Positions 1 to 13,841 of a stretch of 64,000 nt of DNA are shown here, in pieces. Source of the stretch: Felis catus (Eukaryota); NCBI RefSeq assembly GCF_018350175.1, contig NC_058368.1, positions 158,660,001 to 158,724,000 on the forward strand, written 5' to 3'. Numbering within the stretch: position 1 is the first letter of the stretch; the number at the start of each line of letters is the position of its first letter. A program made the position numbers and the translations under genes. The notes beneath the pieces are model-generated. The model was not told where the DNA came from. It was given only the letters and a program-made list of their open reading frames with translations, and made no database searches.

Positions 1-3000
1 CGTTACATTGCACGGTGTGTTGTGCATTTGGGTCAAGGTGTACAAGTCTGGAGACAGAGAAGAGAGGTCATGGATGATTTCAAATAGAAATACTTTGCAT
101 TAAAACAGCTTTAGTGTAGGGTAAGAGTCTCAATTTTCTGGCAGGAACTAAATCTCTATTTGGGACACAGAATGTTAAGGCTAGGCCTTATTTAATAAAC
201 AGTGAAAAAAACATTATGATTCCATTTCACCAAGTCTATGAATTAATCATATTTTCTATTAGTCCATGTCTCCTGGTAAAAACTTACTTTTATAAACTTA
301 GTTTGTTGTGATTTAAATATACTTTTAATTCCGTGGACTTTGAGAAGAATCATTCAATGCATGAAAGTGTAAAACATGTGTTTTATATCTGATAATACAG
401 GGGAAGTATACTTACTACCATAAGTAACTAAAACACAATAAAATCACACAGTCCTCTCCTTCTTTTAGGCCATATATATCTTGGAAAAGTAGTTTTTCTA
501 GGTATCTTCACAGGCAAAAAAGTTTTGGTGTGAAAATTAAGAGGCATAAAAATGAAAAGCCTTTTAGAGACAGAGCTTTGCTAGGAGCTCATCTGCTCTG
601 TGTGTTCCTCTCACATCTCTCAACTGTGCAGCCGTGTTATGCAATACCAAATATTTGTTGAAAAAAAATCAATCAATGGCTTGCCTCTGGAAATATGAAA
701 TGTCTCAGTTCTGTGGGGTGGTTGGCAATACACAAAACAGCCTAAATACCCGAACCATGTTTAACACCTATATTTATTTTCTGTGAAGAATTTTAACAAC
801 AGCAAAATGTTTATGTGAAAAAAGATATGATACCCAAATGGCTTAGTGTCCTGTACTTCAAATAAATCGAGCTATCACATGAGTGTTTTAGCCAGGGGAC
901 ACATTTTTTATTCAATCCCAACTTACGCACATAAATAATCGCATGGTCTAGTACTACACTCAAAGGAATTTTTGGTTTTTATTCCAAATAAGAATGAAGT
1001 TTCATTAATCCAAATCACTCTAGCAGGCTACCTGGAAGGCCACGTCACTGGCCGGAAAACAAAATTTGAATCAAACCTTTTAATCAAAATAGAAAATAAG
1101 ATAAAATACTCAAATAAGTTCTCCTTTTGCATTTGAAAACAGAAACAGCTGCTGAAGCAGTGAGTGGCTTTCCTTCTGAGTTCATCAAAAGGGGAGCCAG
1201 ACGTTGATCTGATGGCCTCTGTGTTGCTCTTATTGTAAAAAAATGGAAATTACTGCAAGTTTTCATGGTCATGATATGTGGCTAGGGAAGGATTAACTGC
1301 CTAGACGAAAATGGCATAAAGAAAATATGTCCAAAATGCATGAATTCCTACCTAATGCCTGTAATATTAGAGGATGGTTTCTGTTATAAAAGACACAATA
1401 AGAACTAATGTGTTTCAATATAACTTTCTAAAAGAAAAATAATTTAATATCAATAGGTCATTTATTCATTGTTTTGAAATTCAAAAATGAATCATATTTT
1501 CACTTCTCTTTTTCTAATACATAGTAATTTAGGAAGGCATAGTTTAAACAAGATTATGGCTGCTGTCTTTCCCTCCGGCTCTTTGTTTTTTTGTGGCTTG
1601 TGGTGTCAAGACTAACTGAAAGTTCTTTAATTAGTCTTTTTGGACACAAGCCTCCCATTTACTTCAGTGGGAGGTTTCTTTGCATAAAACCAGTGGTTTG
1701 TGTCCATCAGAGCCTTTTGACTGCTTTCCTTTGATTAATCAGAAAACTAAAGCTAAGTCTGAATACCATTTTTCTAAAGAATGAATGGGCATAATCTCTT
1801 ACAGCTTTCATGAAACCAGAAGGATTAATCCTTCAATCCAGTCCCATACTCCACTTCAAGTATTTTCAATTACTTGGCACCATTGGAGGTGACGTCCATG
1901 GCTCAGTAAGAAGGCTACTGCTGGCATAATGGTTTCTCCATGTCTCAGCACATGGTCTTGGCATTAATAATCCATCATGAAATGATTTGCAGTGCACAAG
2001 GGTGACATTTGATTATGTGAAAAGCATTGCAGGAATGAGCATGTAGGCTCTTACTGGCCAACTGCTGGCAAAAACATGATGAAATGTTATATGGTGAAAA
2101 TAACATTTAAGATGGTTTCTGAACTGACAAAGAAAAGGGTAAGGACATTGCTTTAGGAGAAATTTTCTTTCTTTTTTCTATTTCCTGGTTTTCCTTTCTC
2201 AAATCATATTTTGGAAGGCCAAATGGGTTAAGGGACCAGATTTGTCAGCCAATCACCCAAACACATTTTCAAAACATTTGATTCAGGAAATTCTGCATCT
2301 TTTAAAGCAACGATGTTAACAATCCTCCTGAGAACCTTAAAATATAATGATTTAAACATAAGGTAAAGGAGACTCTGAAATGATTAGAGAAATCACCAAG
2401 AGGCTTCCCTATTGAAGAGTTCATTTTTCTCATTTTGTCTCCTATTTTTTAAAGACCACAAGGAGGATGTTGAATGTACTATCTAGGGGAAGCCCTATCA
2501 TTTTAAGTAGAAATTTATGAGATGATTGGGAAATTCATAATTCTCAGTGTAGTGAAAGCAAAAAACAAAAACAAGAAAATTTGAGTTTCTTAAACTCATG
2601 TACTCTAGACCCATGCACTGATCTGTCATATACATTATATTCTAGATAGATTATAATGAATGCACTTATTACATAAGGACAGACATAATGAACACTTGGG
2701 TGAGAGGATGGCCAAATCTTGCTTATTCATGGGCATGGGTATAGGGTGGAAGGAAAGTTATTACGCATAAATTAAAGTCAGAGAGACTTAGATAGTTTTT
2801 TACAATAATATTTTTAAATTAAGCCACAGATATGAACATAATAATATTATCTGATTTTAATGTTTCTGACTTTTCCTTGCCAGCCTACCATCTTATAGTT
2901 AGGTAAAATACCTTATTTGATATATTGTATTGCATATAATAATATATATACTATTTTATATATCAATGAAGAGTGATCGTATACAATAATGGACAAATAT

Positions 3001-3015
3001 AAACTTCAGTGATTT

Positions 3016-3069
3016 CTTTAAGTTTATTTATTTATTTTTGAGACAAGAGTGTGAGAAGGGGAGAGGCAG

Positions 3070-3114
<45 letters not shown>

Positions 3115-3240
3115 CCCAAGCAGGCTCCACACTGTCAGTGTAGAGCCCAATGTGTGGGTTGAACTCACAAAGTGTGAGATCATGACTTGAGCCTAAATCA
3201 AAAGTTAAATGCTTAACCTACTGAGCCAGTGAGGCGCCCC
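3016..3240 (-). mobile_element. Carnivore SINE (SINEC), with internal (GA)n
   Basis: tRNA-derived head, (CT)n and A tail on the minus strand; TSD TAAACTTCAGTGATTT at 3000-3015 and 3241-3256. Confidence 0.93.
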
Positions 3241-3699
3241 TAAACTTCAGTGATTTTTGAGATTTTTTATTCATTCATTTAGCTATTCCTTCAACAAAAT
3301 TTATTAGGCATTACTATATGCAAAGCACAGTGCTTGGAGTCATAGGGATAGGATACAGAGCCTATCTCTGAGGCATTTACATTTTATTATAGACTGTGCA
3401 TATGCATATAAGTATATGCATATAAGTAGTAGCTAGAAGAGGTCAAGATATAAATGAAGAACAGTTAGGCTGAAGCATTGAGTGTCAGAAGAGGAATTCA
3501 GGGAGATAAAGTTGAAAGGGAAAGTTGGGTCCAGTTTAAGGAATTTAAACTTTAATAAGAAGGTAATAGGGAGCCACTGAAAACCTTTTTTAAATTTTAA
3601 TTTTGAAATAATTGTAGACTTATAGAAGAGTTTCAAAGATAATACAGAGACTTCCCAAAATGTAGTCAATATCATCTAAGTTTTTTTAATATCATCTAA

Positions 3700-4700
3700 G
3701 TTTTCATGTTTTTCAATATAATTGTTTATGTAGTATTCTTATATTATACTCCTATGATTGCATTCCTTTTATCATGCTTAGTGTAGTATATGCTTTGTAT
3801 TGTTTCTTACTCAGAAATGCCAAAAATGTTTTTTATTAATCTTTTCAAAAGAATAGTTCAGTTTTGTTGACCAGGTTTGCCATTTTTTGCCCTATGACAT
3901 CAGTTCCTCCAAACATATCTTACATAGAAATTCAATCTACATTAAAATAAAACCAAAAACTAAAACCCAAACCAGTGAGATCAATTACAAATCTAGTATC
4001 AAAAAAAAAAGGCTCTTGATCCATCTGTTAAGCAGAATATTTTCTCTAAGTCCCACGGAACTCTGTGATTCTTTAATCATGATCCTGTTTGGAATATGGT
4101 AGGCCATTTCCATATTATAGAAATTTTACATTATAGAAATGTAAAATAAATTTTCATTTCTATATGAAAATTTGTGACTTCTTTAACTCAAAGAAAATTG
4201 TTTCTGTTATATATTTATTCACCACTATTTCCTTTGTCTCTTTCTAAAACCCTTATGAGGTTAACGTTTGCCTCCAGGATTTATCCCCATATCTCCTGTA
4301 TTAATTTTTTTCCCATCTCTTTGTCTTTTTGCTCTATGTTGTAGAACATTTACTTTACTAATAAAATTTTTACTTTGTCATCCTTTACTAATTTGGCTGT
4401 GACCTATGTCCACTCATCTATTTACTCCTCTTTTATTTATTTATTTTTATTATTCTAATTTGGCAACCATATTTTTAAATTTCTTGTTCCCTGCCTTGTT
4501 TCATAGCTATTTCAAGGATAAATATCTTTCCATAATTTTCTGAGGATTCTCACTGGAATCCTCTCTTATGTCATCTGTTGCTTGAATTCTTTATATTCTT
4601 ATGTTTGTTTGACTTGGCCTTTCTCTTCTGTTTTTAGTTTTCCTCAGATGTTTGGTGGTCTTTAGACCATTTACATTCATGGACAAAGAGATTCATTTAG
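3700..4700 (-). mobile_element. Old L1-like fragments
   Basis: T-rich degenerate sequence typical of antisense L1M; boundaries approximate. Confidence 0.4.
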
Positions 4701-6646
4701 GTGGCTGGCAAGACCTTGTTCTGTGGCTGAGTAGTTCTGCCACAGAGCAAGTTCTGCCTAGAAGGTCTCCTCTGAATGAGAAGTCTGATGGAAGCTCTGT
4801 ATGAGTAGGCAGACTTCACCTTAGAATGCTCAATGATGGGCCTGCAGGTTCACATGATTTGGGAATCCCTTTCTCAGTTGTGGCCTTTCTTCCCCTTCCC
4901 CTCTCCCTCATCCTTGTCTAAGTATCTGTGGTTATGTTAAACTCTGTTTTGAGGCTTCTAGACCTGCCTTCAAATCATCTTCATTAGGCAACTCACTGTC
5001 ATTAGTCAGAGGTCAAATAGAGGTCCACTGTTGATCAATGTTCAGGGTAGGAGAAAGCAAGACCTCCGTAGTGGGCTGGGCCAGAAGTTTTGAAAACATT
5101 TCCTGAAAATTACTGTCATGCTACTGTCAGAATAATCCTTCTGAAACACATTTGAATGTATCAGTCTCCTGCTCAGAATCCTTCAGGGGTTCTGATTGTA
5201 TACAGAATAGAACCTGTTCTCCTTCGCAAAGTATGAAGAAAATGTATGGTTTGATATGAGTGCCTATTCCATCATCTCCTACCATTTCCCTGCCACAGAC
5301 ACACATAGGCTTCCCAAAGTCTGAAAGCGCTTGTGGTTTTCTCTTCCTCCAGGCCTTTCCACATACTGTTCTGTATGCTAAGAATGTCATGTCCCTGTAT
5401 TGACTGGCAAAGACACCCTCATGGTTTGGGTCTATTTATTAGACTCACTCCATAAAGGTTTGAAATAACAAGTAATAGATACACAGTAGCAGGATAAAAT
5501 AAATGAGTAAGGCACACTAGGTTCAAAGGGAGAGTAAAGGTAGAAATATAAATAATATCAAGTATAATGTTAGTCCTTAATTACGTGACATTAAGTTTTG
5601 TAGACTCACACTGTAAAGAGGTACACTGTAAATTTGCCTCTGGGGTTCCTAGTTGTCAAACCTAAGAGGGAAACTTGAATGCTTGTTGAGCATATAGTTC
5701 ATAAACTATAATTAAAGCATTTTTGCCAGTTATGGAAAATTGAGAGAGAAAGTTACTGCATTAAAGGAGTACTTAGAAAGGTGATTGGTAAACTGAGAAG
5801 TTTCTTCTTTATGCTTTCATTGACCCTCATCTATAACTATTTGATTACTATAATTTTTTTGCACACTTATTTCTTCAAGGTATGGACTATATCCTCATCA
5901 CTTGGCCCAATGCTTGATATTTCCTAGTCAATGAATATTTGTCATATACACTGGACAATCATAAGTTGATGGTTAATATAGGCAATGTTTTTGTGTGAAT
6001 TGATATACAACTAGAAATGCATCATCATTTACGTTAATCATAAACAAAATAAAGATTTAACCAACTAAAAGAGCCTTTATAATAATTACCAAAAAATACT
6101 TAGAATACCTAGTATGTGCATATAAGTATATTGCATATATATCTGATATGACTCCCAACTAACACCACGGATATTATTACCCATTTCAAAATCAGTGAAA
6201 TCAAGAAGTTAAAATCAGCTTCCCAAGGATATACAGTTATTCAGAGGCAGAAGTTGGGCTTAGTACAAGTGCCTGAACTCAGACCTGTGAGTCTCAACCT
6301 TTGCTGTTGGTTCGTGCTTTGGTGTGTAGTAGATTGATTAGCATTTGATTACAAAATTGATGGAAGGCCCCTGATGGAAGGACTTTACAAGAGTTTCCTT
6401 GTTCTGTATGGTTTATTCTAAAATATTCTGAGGGGAAAGGCAGCAGCTATCAGCAAATAAAATGCTATAAAATTAATTTTCCACAAAGAAACATCACTTA
6501 ATTTAAAACACTTACATTTAAAAAAATTGGAAGACCTGACCAACCTGTATATATAATGGAATGTGACACAACTTATTTTTCACTACGACCAAGAAAGCTT
6601 ATAATGTTACCATTTTATAAAACGACTTACTCTCTTAACCCAATTA

Positions 6647-6907
<261 letters not shown>

Positions 6908-7579
6908 TTATTTGCATGCTGGATTGTGTAACATGTCATTTCCAATTTAGGCAGAACAGTATGTACTGTGGGAGTGGGAGGGAGTGCTTTCCTATTTAAT
7001 GCAAATGTGTTTATCTCTTTATGAGTATGGCTCAAGTGGTTTGGTACCCTAATTCTAATAATGTTGCAGTATATAAAATTTACTTTATAAATTAATTTTT
7101 AATATCAAATTAAAAACGTCACTCTTTCTTCTTTGAAAATTTGTTTCAATAAACTTTGTTTAGAGCTATGGTTATCCTTGGCCCCTGCTCCCATTTCTCA
7201 TAGATTCTTACACTTACAAAGTGAAAGCCAAATTTGGAGGTAAAGATATAAACAATGTGATTTTAATTGGGACCCACCTAGTATAAGATTTAAGAGGAGA
7301 AAGGCAGAAAGAAGAAAACTCTTTCATGCTCCTCTCCATCCCAATCTAAAGGAGAATGAAAGGCAATTGTGTAATAAGCAGGAGGCTGGAAAAAGCCATA
7401 AGTGAAACTAATAACATGGAGACCTTGTTAAGGACTACGTCTGTTAGATGACTTCAGAAAACATAGTAATGGCTATAGCCATGTGTTTTAGATTAAATGA
7501 CCTGTGATAGCCTGCAGAAGTTTCAGATCAAATTTGGTTGGTTTGTTTATCCTGTACTGCAAATTGAATTGTGGAAATT

Positions 7580-7880
7580 AACAAGGATAATAGAATTGTA
7601 GCATCAAAAGAGACCTTACAGGTCATGCAGGCAAAGTTCTGCCTAATGTAGGAATGTCTTACACAACACTATTGACAGCTGCCTATCTGGCTTGCGCCTT
7701 AACATAGGGAAGGAGCTGGCACTTGGCACACCTTGAGGCAGCCCGTTTCAACTCTTAATGGTTCTGTGAAAAGATCCTTTTTGGGAGTAAGCTGAAATCT
7801 GCTTTCCTGTAAGGTTCCTGCAAGTGGTCTATTTCTCATTTCTGGGGCCTCACAGAAGTTTATCCCCTTATCCACATGAA
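7580..7880. mobile_element. Ancient CR1/L3 LINE fragment
   Basis: GGCAGCCCGTTTCAA...GCTGAAATCTGCTTTCCTGTAA...TCTGGGGCC resembles the recalled L3 consensus. Confidence 0.55.
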
Positions 7881-7909
7881 AGTCCACCACATGCATGAAG
7901 GCAATATAG

Positions 7910-8337
7910 GACATCTGTTGTTTTTGCCTGCCTGGCATTTGCTTCCCCTCTTTGTGGGAATAGCATAAAGGTTTTCTTTAAACAATCATCTTTCCTTCAA
8001 CCATGTCTTCTTCAGGGTTGAGGGATAGAGATTTGACCAAAGCCAAGTCATTTAGAACCAATGAGTGCAGGACTTCTGTTGGAAATGTTGGAAGACCAGA
8101 TTCTCCCTTTTTTCACTAGGTTGCTAGGAGGATAGGAGGTAAGTGTGGCACTGCCCAAGCAAGGGAGAAACGTGGCTGAGAAGAAAGCCAACACAGAGAA
8201 GCGTAAAACCAAGAGATGGAGAAAGAAAGACTAAGTTCCAAAGAAATACTTTGAGCCTCTGAGTCAATGAATCTGCTTTTTCCTTAAATCATTTTGTATT
8301 GGTGTCTTTCACTTGTATATGAAAGTATACTAATACA
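7910..8337 (+). mobile_element. Old MaLR LTR (MLT1J/K-like)
   Basis: AAGCCAACACAGAG...GAGATGGAGAAAGA...TTTGAGCCTCTG...CACTTG...CTAATACA pattern. Confidence 0.55.
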
Positions 8338-9879
8338 GACAACTCTCAGGTTTCCTCAAGTTCTGGATTAAATAGTTTTTGTTCTTCCAAACAGTCTTTG
8401 CATAATATTGCACCTATGTCCTTTGCATTCTCCTAAATACATTCCTAACTGTGCTTCAAAATGTTGGGCTTCAATAGTTTTCAGGGAGTCAGGAAAGTCA
8501 CAGAGTTTAACCTGGAGGCAAAAACAATGCACAACCACCTTCTAAGTTGTTTACTAGAGCACGTGGCGCCTTTACCTCATTCCTAGGTCGTGGATCAGTT
8601 TCATAGTGTGCAGTTCAGGCAAATTCTCAAGATGCCTAAGGAATCAGATGCCTGTGTATATTTTAAAACTGTAATGGTTAGTATTTAAGAAGTGTTTTGA
8701 AAAACAAAAAGGAAAACATAAGACTATCAGAGGGTGTAGGTGAATTAACTAAAAAGTACATGTTGAAGTGGTCAAGGTGAGATTGGTCATTACAGAGTTT
8801 TTCATTTATTCAAAAATATTTGAATAATATTTTCTACCAGTTGATGTACTTCTAAATAGAACTTTTATATCCTAAACTGTATTTTTGCTACTCATCTTCC
8901 CTGGCCTCCCAGCTCTAAGAAAGCAAGGATTTTTGAGCTTTCTGGTTTGCATTTTTACTTGCATGTGACCACCAGAATTCAGCAGGATGTCTTAAAGACT
9001 GAAGCCTAAAACAAAAGCCAGTAAACTGTTGCTCTGACAGTCCACAAGGCACAATAGACTGCTATTTTAAGTCAGTTCATTGTTGGATGAATTTAAGCTG
9101 AGAACTGAAGTTGGAAGATGAAGACTCATGATAGTCTAGGTAAAATGAACACAAGAATTTTGGCATGCAAAGCTATGTGGATTAAAGAGTTCAAAGGTAT
9201 GTAATAAGTAGATTTCTATATGAACACGAGTAGCAGTTTTCAAATTTTTCATTCTGCAACCTTGGAAGACTTCTTTGATAGTTCTGTGTATGTCATCACC
9301 TCTAAAGAGTACAACATATGTACATGCACACACACAATCCATCTTTCTATCTCTATCTCCTCTTGTCGACTGGAAAACCTGATGAATGGAGTGCAAAGGG
9401 AAGAAGGCCAGCTTGCTATTTGAAATTCCAAAGAATCAGTATAGCAGAGGATACTCTATTTATGAAACATATGATCCTTTATTTTTTTTTGAAGTAGTAA
9501 CAACAAGGTTTATGGGCAATGTCAAAGGAAATGCAAGCAGAGGCTTAAGTTCTGCTGAAGAAAACCACCCAAGTTTGAGGATAGGCCTCACTACACAATT
9601 TAGTCCCTAGCCACAATTGCCCTTTGATGCTCAGCTAATGATCCTGTCTCCCTTATTACAGAAAAAAAATTGGGCTACCAAGCATGTGATATCCATCCCC
9701 ACATCTAGTGACCCATCTGCTCAAGTGCCCAGATCCACATTATTTCTTCCAGTCTCAAATGGCATTGTTCTGGTAGTAATTCTCTTCACCTCCTATTTTT
9801 AAAGGTTTCCTCTTTATTCACAACTTCTCAGCAGCCATAGGCATGCTCAAGATAATGAATCAATCAATCAGTCAATTAA

Positions 9880-11290
9880 ATGAAACACTCAACCTTGGGA
9901 CTATTTTTGGCTATTAGTTATTAATATTTTCCTGTTGTGGCTAAGCTACTAGAAAGAATATCTTATATTACTATCTCTGATTCTTTATCTTCCATTCATT
10001 TTTAACCCTCCACAATCTGACTTTATTCTTCTGCACTTTATTCCGCTGAAACTGCTCTAGCAAATATCAACAAATCTTAATTTTCAGTTCTTATGTATTT
10101 GACCTCTAACTGTATTTGACAGAGCTGGTCAGTTTCTTCTAGAAATGTTCATATCTCTAGTCTTTTCTGACAGTATTCATCCTGATTCTGCTTTTCTATT
10201 TTTAACCATTTGCTCTCAGTTTCTTTTTTGGGTTTCTCTTCCTCCGTTACCCCTCATGTTGATCTGAATAAAAATCTTGTCTTTTCTTGCTTTCTACCAT
10301 TTTCCTTAAATGACAGAACCTAGCTCCATGACTGCATCTACCATAATATAAGCCAACGGTTCCCACACCATTCTCCTATAGCTCCAACTTTGTTAATAGA
10401 TACTTGCTTATTAGATGTCACACAAATTCAACATTTTCCAAACTCAACTAATTTTCTTTCCCAAAAACTCTTCTCTTCCTCCTGAAGTATTTAGAAAGTA
10501 ATATTATGACCTACTCAGTCACCTAAATCAAAAACCTGGCAGGAACCTTAAATTTCATGTCCTCTTTCCGTTCTAATAAATGCCCAAGTTTTACCAATTC
10601 CATATCCTAATGTCTTGCATAATCTCCACTTCCTCTCAATCTGTACTGCCATTGCTGCATTGGTTCATATCTCATCCAGTATACCATAATATCCTCCTGA
10701 CTTCCATTATTCTCCTATCCAACCCATCCTCCAATTGTTTCCAGGGTAATCTTCGAAATCTCACAGTTCATGAAATCATTAACATTTTTTTTTAACGTTT
10801 ATTTTTTATTTGAGAGAGAGAGAGAGAGACAGAGTGTGAGCGGGGAGGGGCAGAGAGACAGGGAGACATAGAATCTGAAGCAGGCTCCAGGCTCTGAGCT
10901 GTCAGCACAGAGTCTAACTCGGGGCTTGAACTCACAAACCACAAGATTATGACCTGGGCCGAAGTTGGATGCTTAACCAACTGAGCCACCCAGGCGCCTC
11001 TCATTCACATCTTCTTAAAATCCCTCTCTGAGTCCCTCATTACCTATAAGATAAATAACTCCTTGGCAAGGCATAGAAGACTCCATGTCTTGATACTCTC
11101 TTGTTCCATACAAGCCACCTCCCTCCTCTCTCCTCAAGACACCTTCCAGGCCCCTTACACTTCCTTGAATTTTATGTTAATGGCAAGCCTCTTACTTCCA
11201 TTCCTCTTCTTAGAATGCCCTTTTCCCCAGTGGCTGTTGACTTCTTGCATGGTCTAGTTATCTTTTAAGATTCACTTTCAGCATCAACTA
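9880..11290 (+). mobile_element. L2 LINE remnant interrupted by a SINE
   Basis: CTGAAACTGCTCT...GACCTCT...TTTGACA and pyrimidine-rich L2 3' features. Confidence 0.6.
10786..11000 (-). mobile_element. SINEC
   Basis: Full head, body and tail; imperfect TSD TCATT(A/C)ACAT. Confidence 0.93.
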
Positions 11291-11329
11291 CTTAAAAATA
11301 AAAACAAAGCCAAAATAATCACAAAATCC

Positions 11330-11722
11330 TTGTTTCAAAAACTTCAATTCTCTGAGAAGCAGCATGGATATCACTTGGGGACTGGTTAGAAATGCAGGAT
11401 CATAGGCCCGACCCCAGGCCTAGCGAACCAGAATCTGCATTTAAAAAAAAAAAATTTTTTAACCTTTATTTATTTTTGAGACAGAGAGAGACAGAGCATG
11501 AACGGGGGAGGGTCAGAGAGAGGGAAACACAGAATCTGAAACAGGCTCCAGGCTCTGAGCTGTCAGCACAGAACCCGTCGCGGGGCTTGAACTCACGGAC
11601 CACGAGATCACAACCTGAGCTGAAGTCGGACGCTTAACCTACTGAGCCACACAGGTGCCCCCAGAATCTGCATTTTTAACAAGATTCTCAGGCAATCTGA
11701 TGCACATTAAAGTTTGAGAAGT
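11330..11722. mobile_element. MER5A-like hAT-Charlie DNA transposon split by a SINE
   Basis: GTTAGAAATGCAG...CAGAATCTGCATTTT[SINE]AACAAGATTC...GCACATTAAAGTTTGAGAA. Confidence 0.8.
11443..11660 (-). mobile_element. SINEC inserted in MER5A
   Basis: TSD CCAGAATCTGCATTT at 11428-11442 and 11661-11675. Confidence 0.94.
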
Positions 11723-11803
11723 CCTGTTATAGGAAGAAGTTGCTATTCTGATATCCATGTGTACCTATTATAAGCCAGGCACTATGCATTTTCTCATTTA
11801 CTC

Positions 11804-12018
11804 TTTATTTTTTTTAATGTTTTTATTTATTTTTGAGACAGAGAGAGACAGAGCATGAGCAGGGGAGGGGCAGAGAGAGACAGAGACACAGAATCCGAAG
11901 CAGGCTCCAGACTCTGAGCTGTCAGCACAGAGCTTGACGTGGGGCCCAAACTCACGGACTGTGAGATCATGACCTGAGCCAAAGTCAGACGCTTAACCGA
12001 CTGAGCTACCCAGGTACC
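11804..12018 (-). mobile_element. SINEC (inside a MIR-like remnant)
   Basis: Full SINEC structure on the minus strand. Confidence 0.92.
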
Positions 12019-13446
12019 GTGTCTCTTTTAATCTTTATAACATCCCCTACAACTGGGTATTATCATCCACAACTTGTAGATTAGACATTAAAGATGCTCA
12101 AGGTACAATCAAACAGCTACTAAGTCTTAGACTTGGGATTTTTAACCTAGTGCTGTCTGAGTTTATAATCTATGCTCTTTGTTCATTCTGAGACACTCTC
12201 TAATTATGGCAGAGTTTAGGTTGTTTTCATGTGTGCCTACCTCTACTGAAGACAGTGCTCTTTAGAGGAAGAATTACATCATTTTTTCTTTCCGCTGAGT
12301 CTGGAACATAGTATGAGCATAATTAATATTAGTTGAGTATTTGAATATCATCAAAGCAAAAAAGATGTGCTGCATTTGTGAGGCTGTTGGCAATGTGAGG
12401 CTCTCCACAAGAATTACCTCACCTATGTTTTCCCAGGGGGCATTTTTTTTTTTTTTTTGACACGTTCTTGACAAAGTCAAATAAAGCAAAGGCCAATATT
12501 TGTATTTTTTCATTCAGGTTATATGACATGTTCCCAGCTTGGAACTGTCATAATGAATGAGCAGCCAGGATGTGAACAGGTATCCTGATGACCAATCTTC
12601 AACCAACACTTTGCTCTGGTTTAAAGCAATGGTGTAAATACCCACTGATTGTATACCTCAGAGAGGGCAGTTACTGGGCCTCCCATTCTAGTCCCTTCTT
12701 TCAAGTAAGGATGACTAACAGAGAAACAAGAGGAAGAAGAGGAAATGAAAAAAGACTGATGAGGAGCTTGGACAGGCTTCCTGGGCAGAGGGCCATGAGC
12801 AAAAGCCAAGGTCAATTCTCTGCCTGATTATGCCCTCCATCTTAATGTCAAGAGGCTATAGTTTGGAACATATCATTTTTGGTTATGCATTATTCCTCTC
12901 AAAGTTTAGTAAAGTTTGTTTTGTTTTTTTTAACTTTCTACTTTGTTTTAATGGACACTAAAGAAAAAGGTCTTTATCCATAGCCAGGACAAGATAAATT
13001 GATCATCCACAGTGAATCTGGACACAATATGAGAGAGGTAGTGCATCCTCAGCTAGACTGGGATAAGGTAGATGGTTAACAATTTGCCTAATGCTGGAGT
13101 CAAGACAAACTGAGCAGCCCTCCTAGTTCACAGTATAATACCCACAGGTCATCAGTGGTTTTATGTTTTTTAAGGTAACTGATGTTAAACTGGTAAAATT
13201 ACTACAAAGAAATAGAATATCAAATGGCTGAGACTAGGGGTGTGAGAGGAGTAGAAGGAGAGAGAAATGTTGGGGAGGGCCTAAGAATAATAGCATGAAA
13301 TTTAGCTCTTTTTTGTGACTTCTATCAGTTTATAACATCTGAGAGTAAAGAAAGGAATTAAACCTCTGAATTTACTGTGCACATCAAACTTCTTAATCCT
13401 TTGCATTTCCCCAAATTGCTTTCTCAGACACAAGTGATTGACCCTG

Positions 13447-13841
13447 ATATGGACTAAATATTTGTGCCTGTTACCTATCCTTCCTTCCCCCAATCACCAA
13501 ATCCATATGTTAAAGACCTAACCTCCAGGATGATAGTATTAGAAGATGGGGCTTTGGGGAGGTAATTAGGTTTAAATTAGGTCATTGGGTTGGGGCCCCC
13601 ATGATGGGGTTAGTGCCCTTATAAGAACAGAAAGAGACACCAGAGCTTCCTATTTTGGCGATGTGAATATACAGCAAGAAGGCAGCCATCTGCAAGCCAG
13701 GAAGAGGTCTATCACCAGGAAGCAAATATGCTGAAAACTTGATCTTGGACATCCCAGCCTTCAGAACTATGAGAAAATAAATTTCTGTTGTTTAAGCCAA
13801 CCAGTCTATGGTATTTTGTTGCAATAGCCTGAACTAACATA
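13447..13841 (+). mobile_element. MaLR solo LTR (MLT1A-like)
   Basis: GGGGCTTTGGGGAGGTAATTAGG, GTGCCCTTATAAGA, GCCATCTGCAAGCCAGGAAGAG, AATAAATTTCTGTTGTTTAAGCCA...GGTATTTTGTT. Confidence 0.85.

Noticed and set aside
3400..3703. Short tandem duplications (TATGCATATAAGTA x2; AATATCATCTAAGTTTT x2)
   Set aside because: Two-copy slippage duplications without spacers; not a CRISPR-like array
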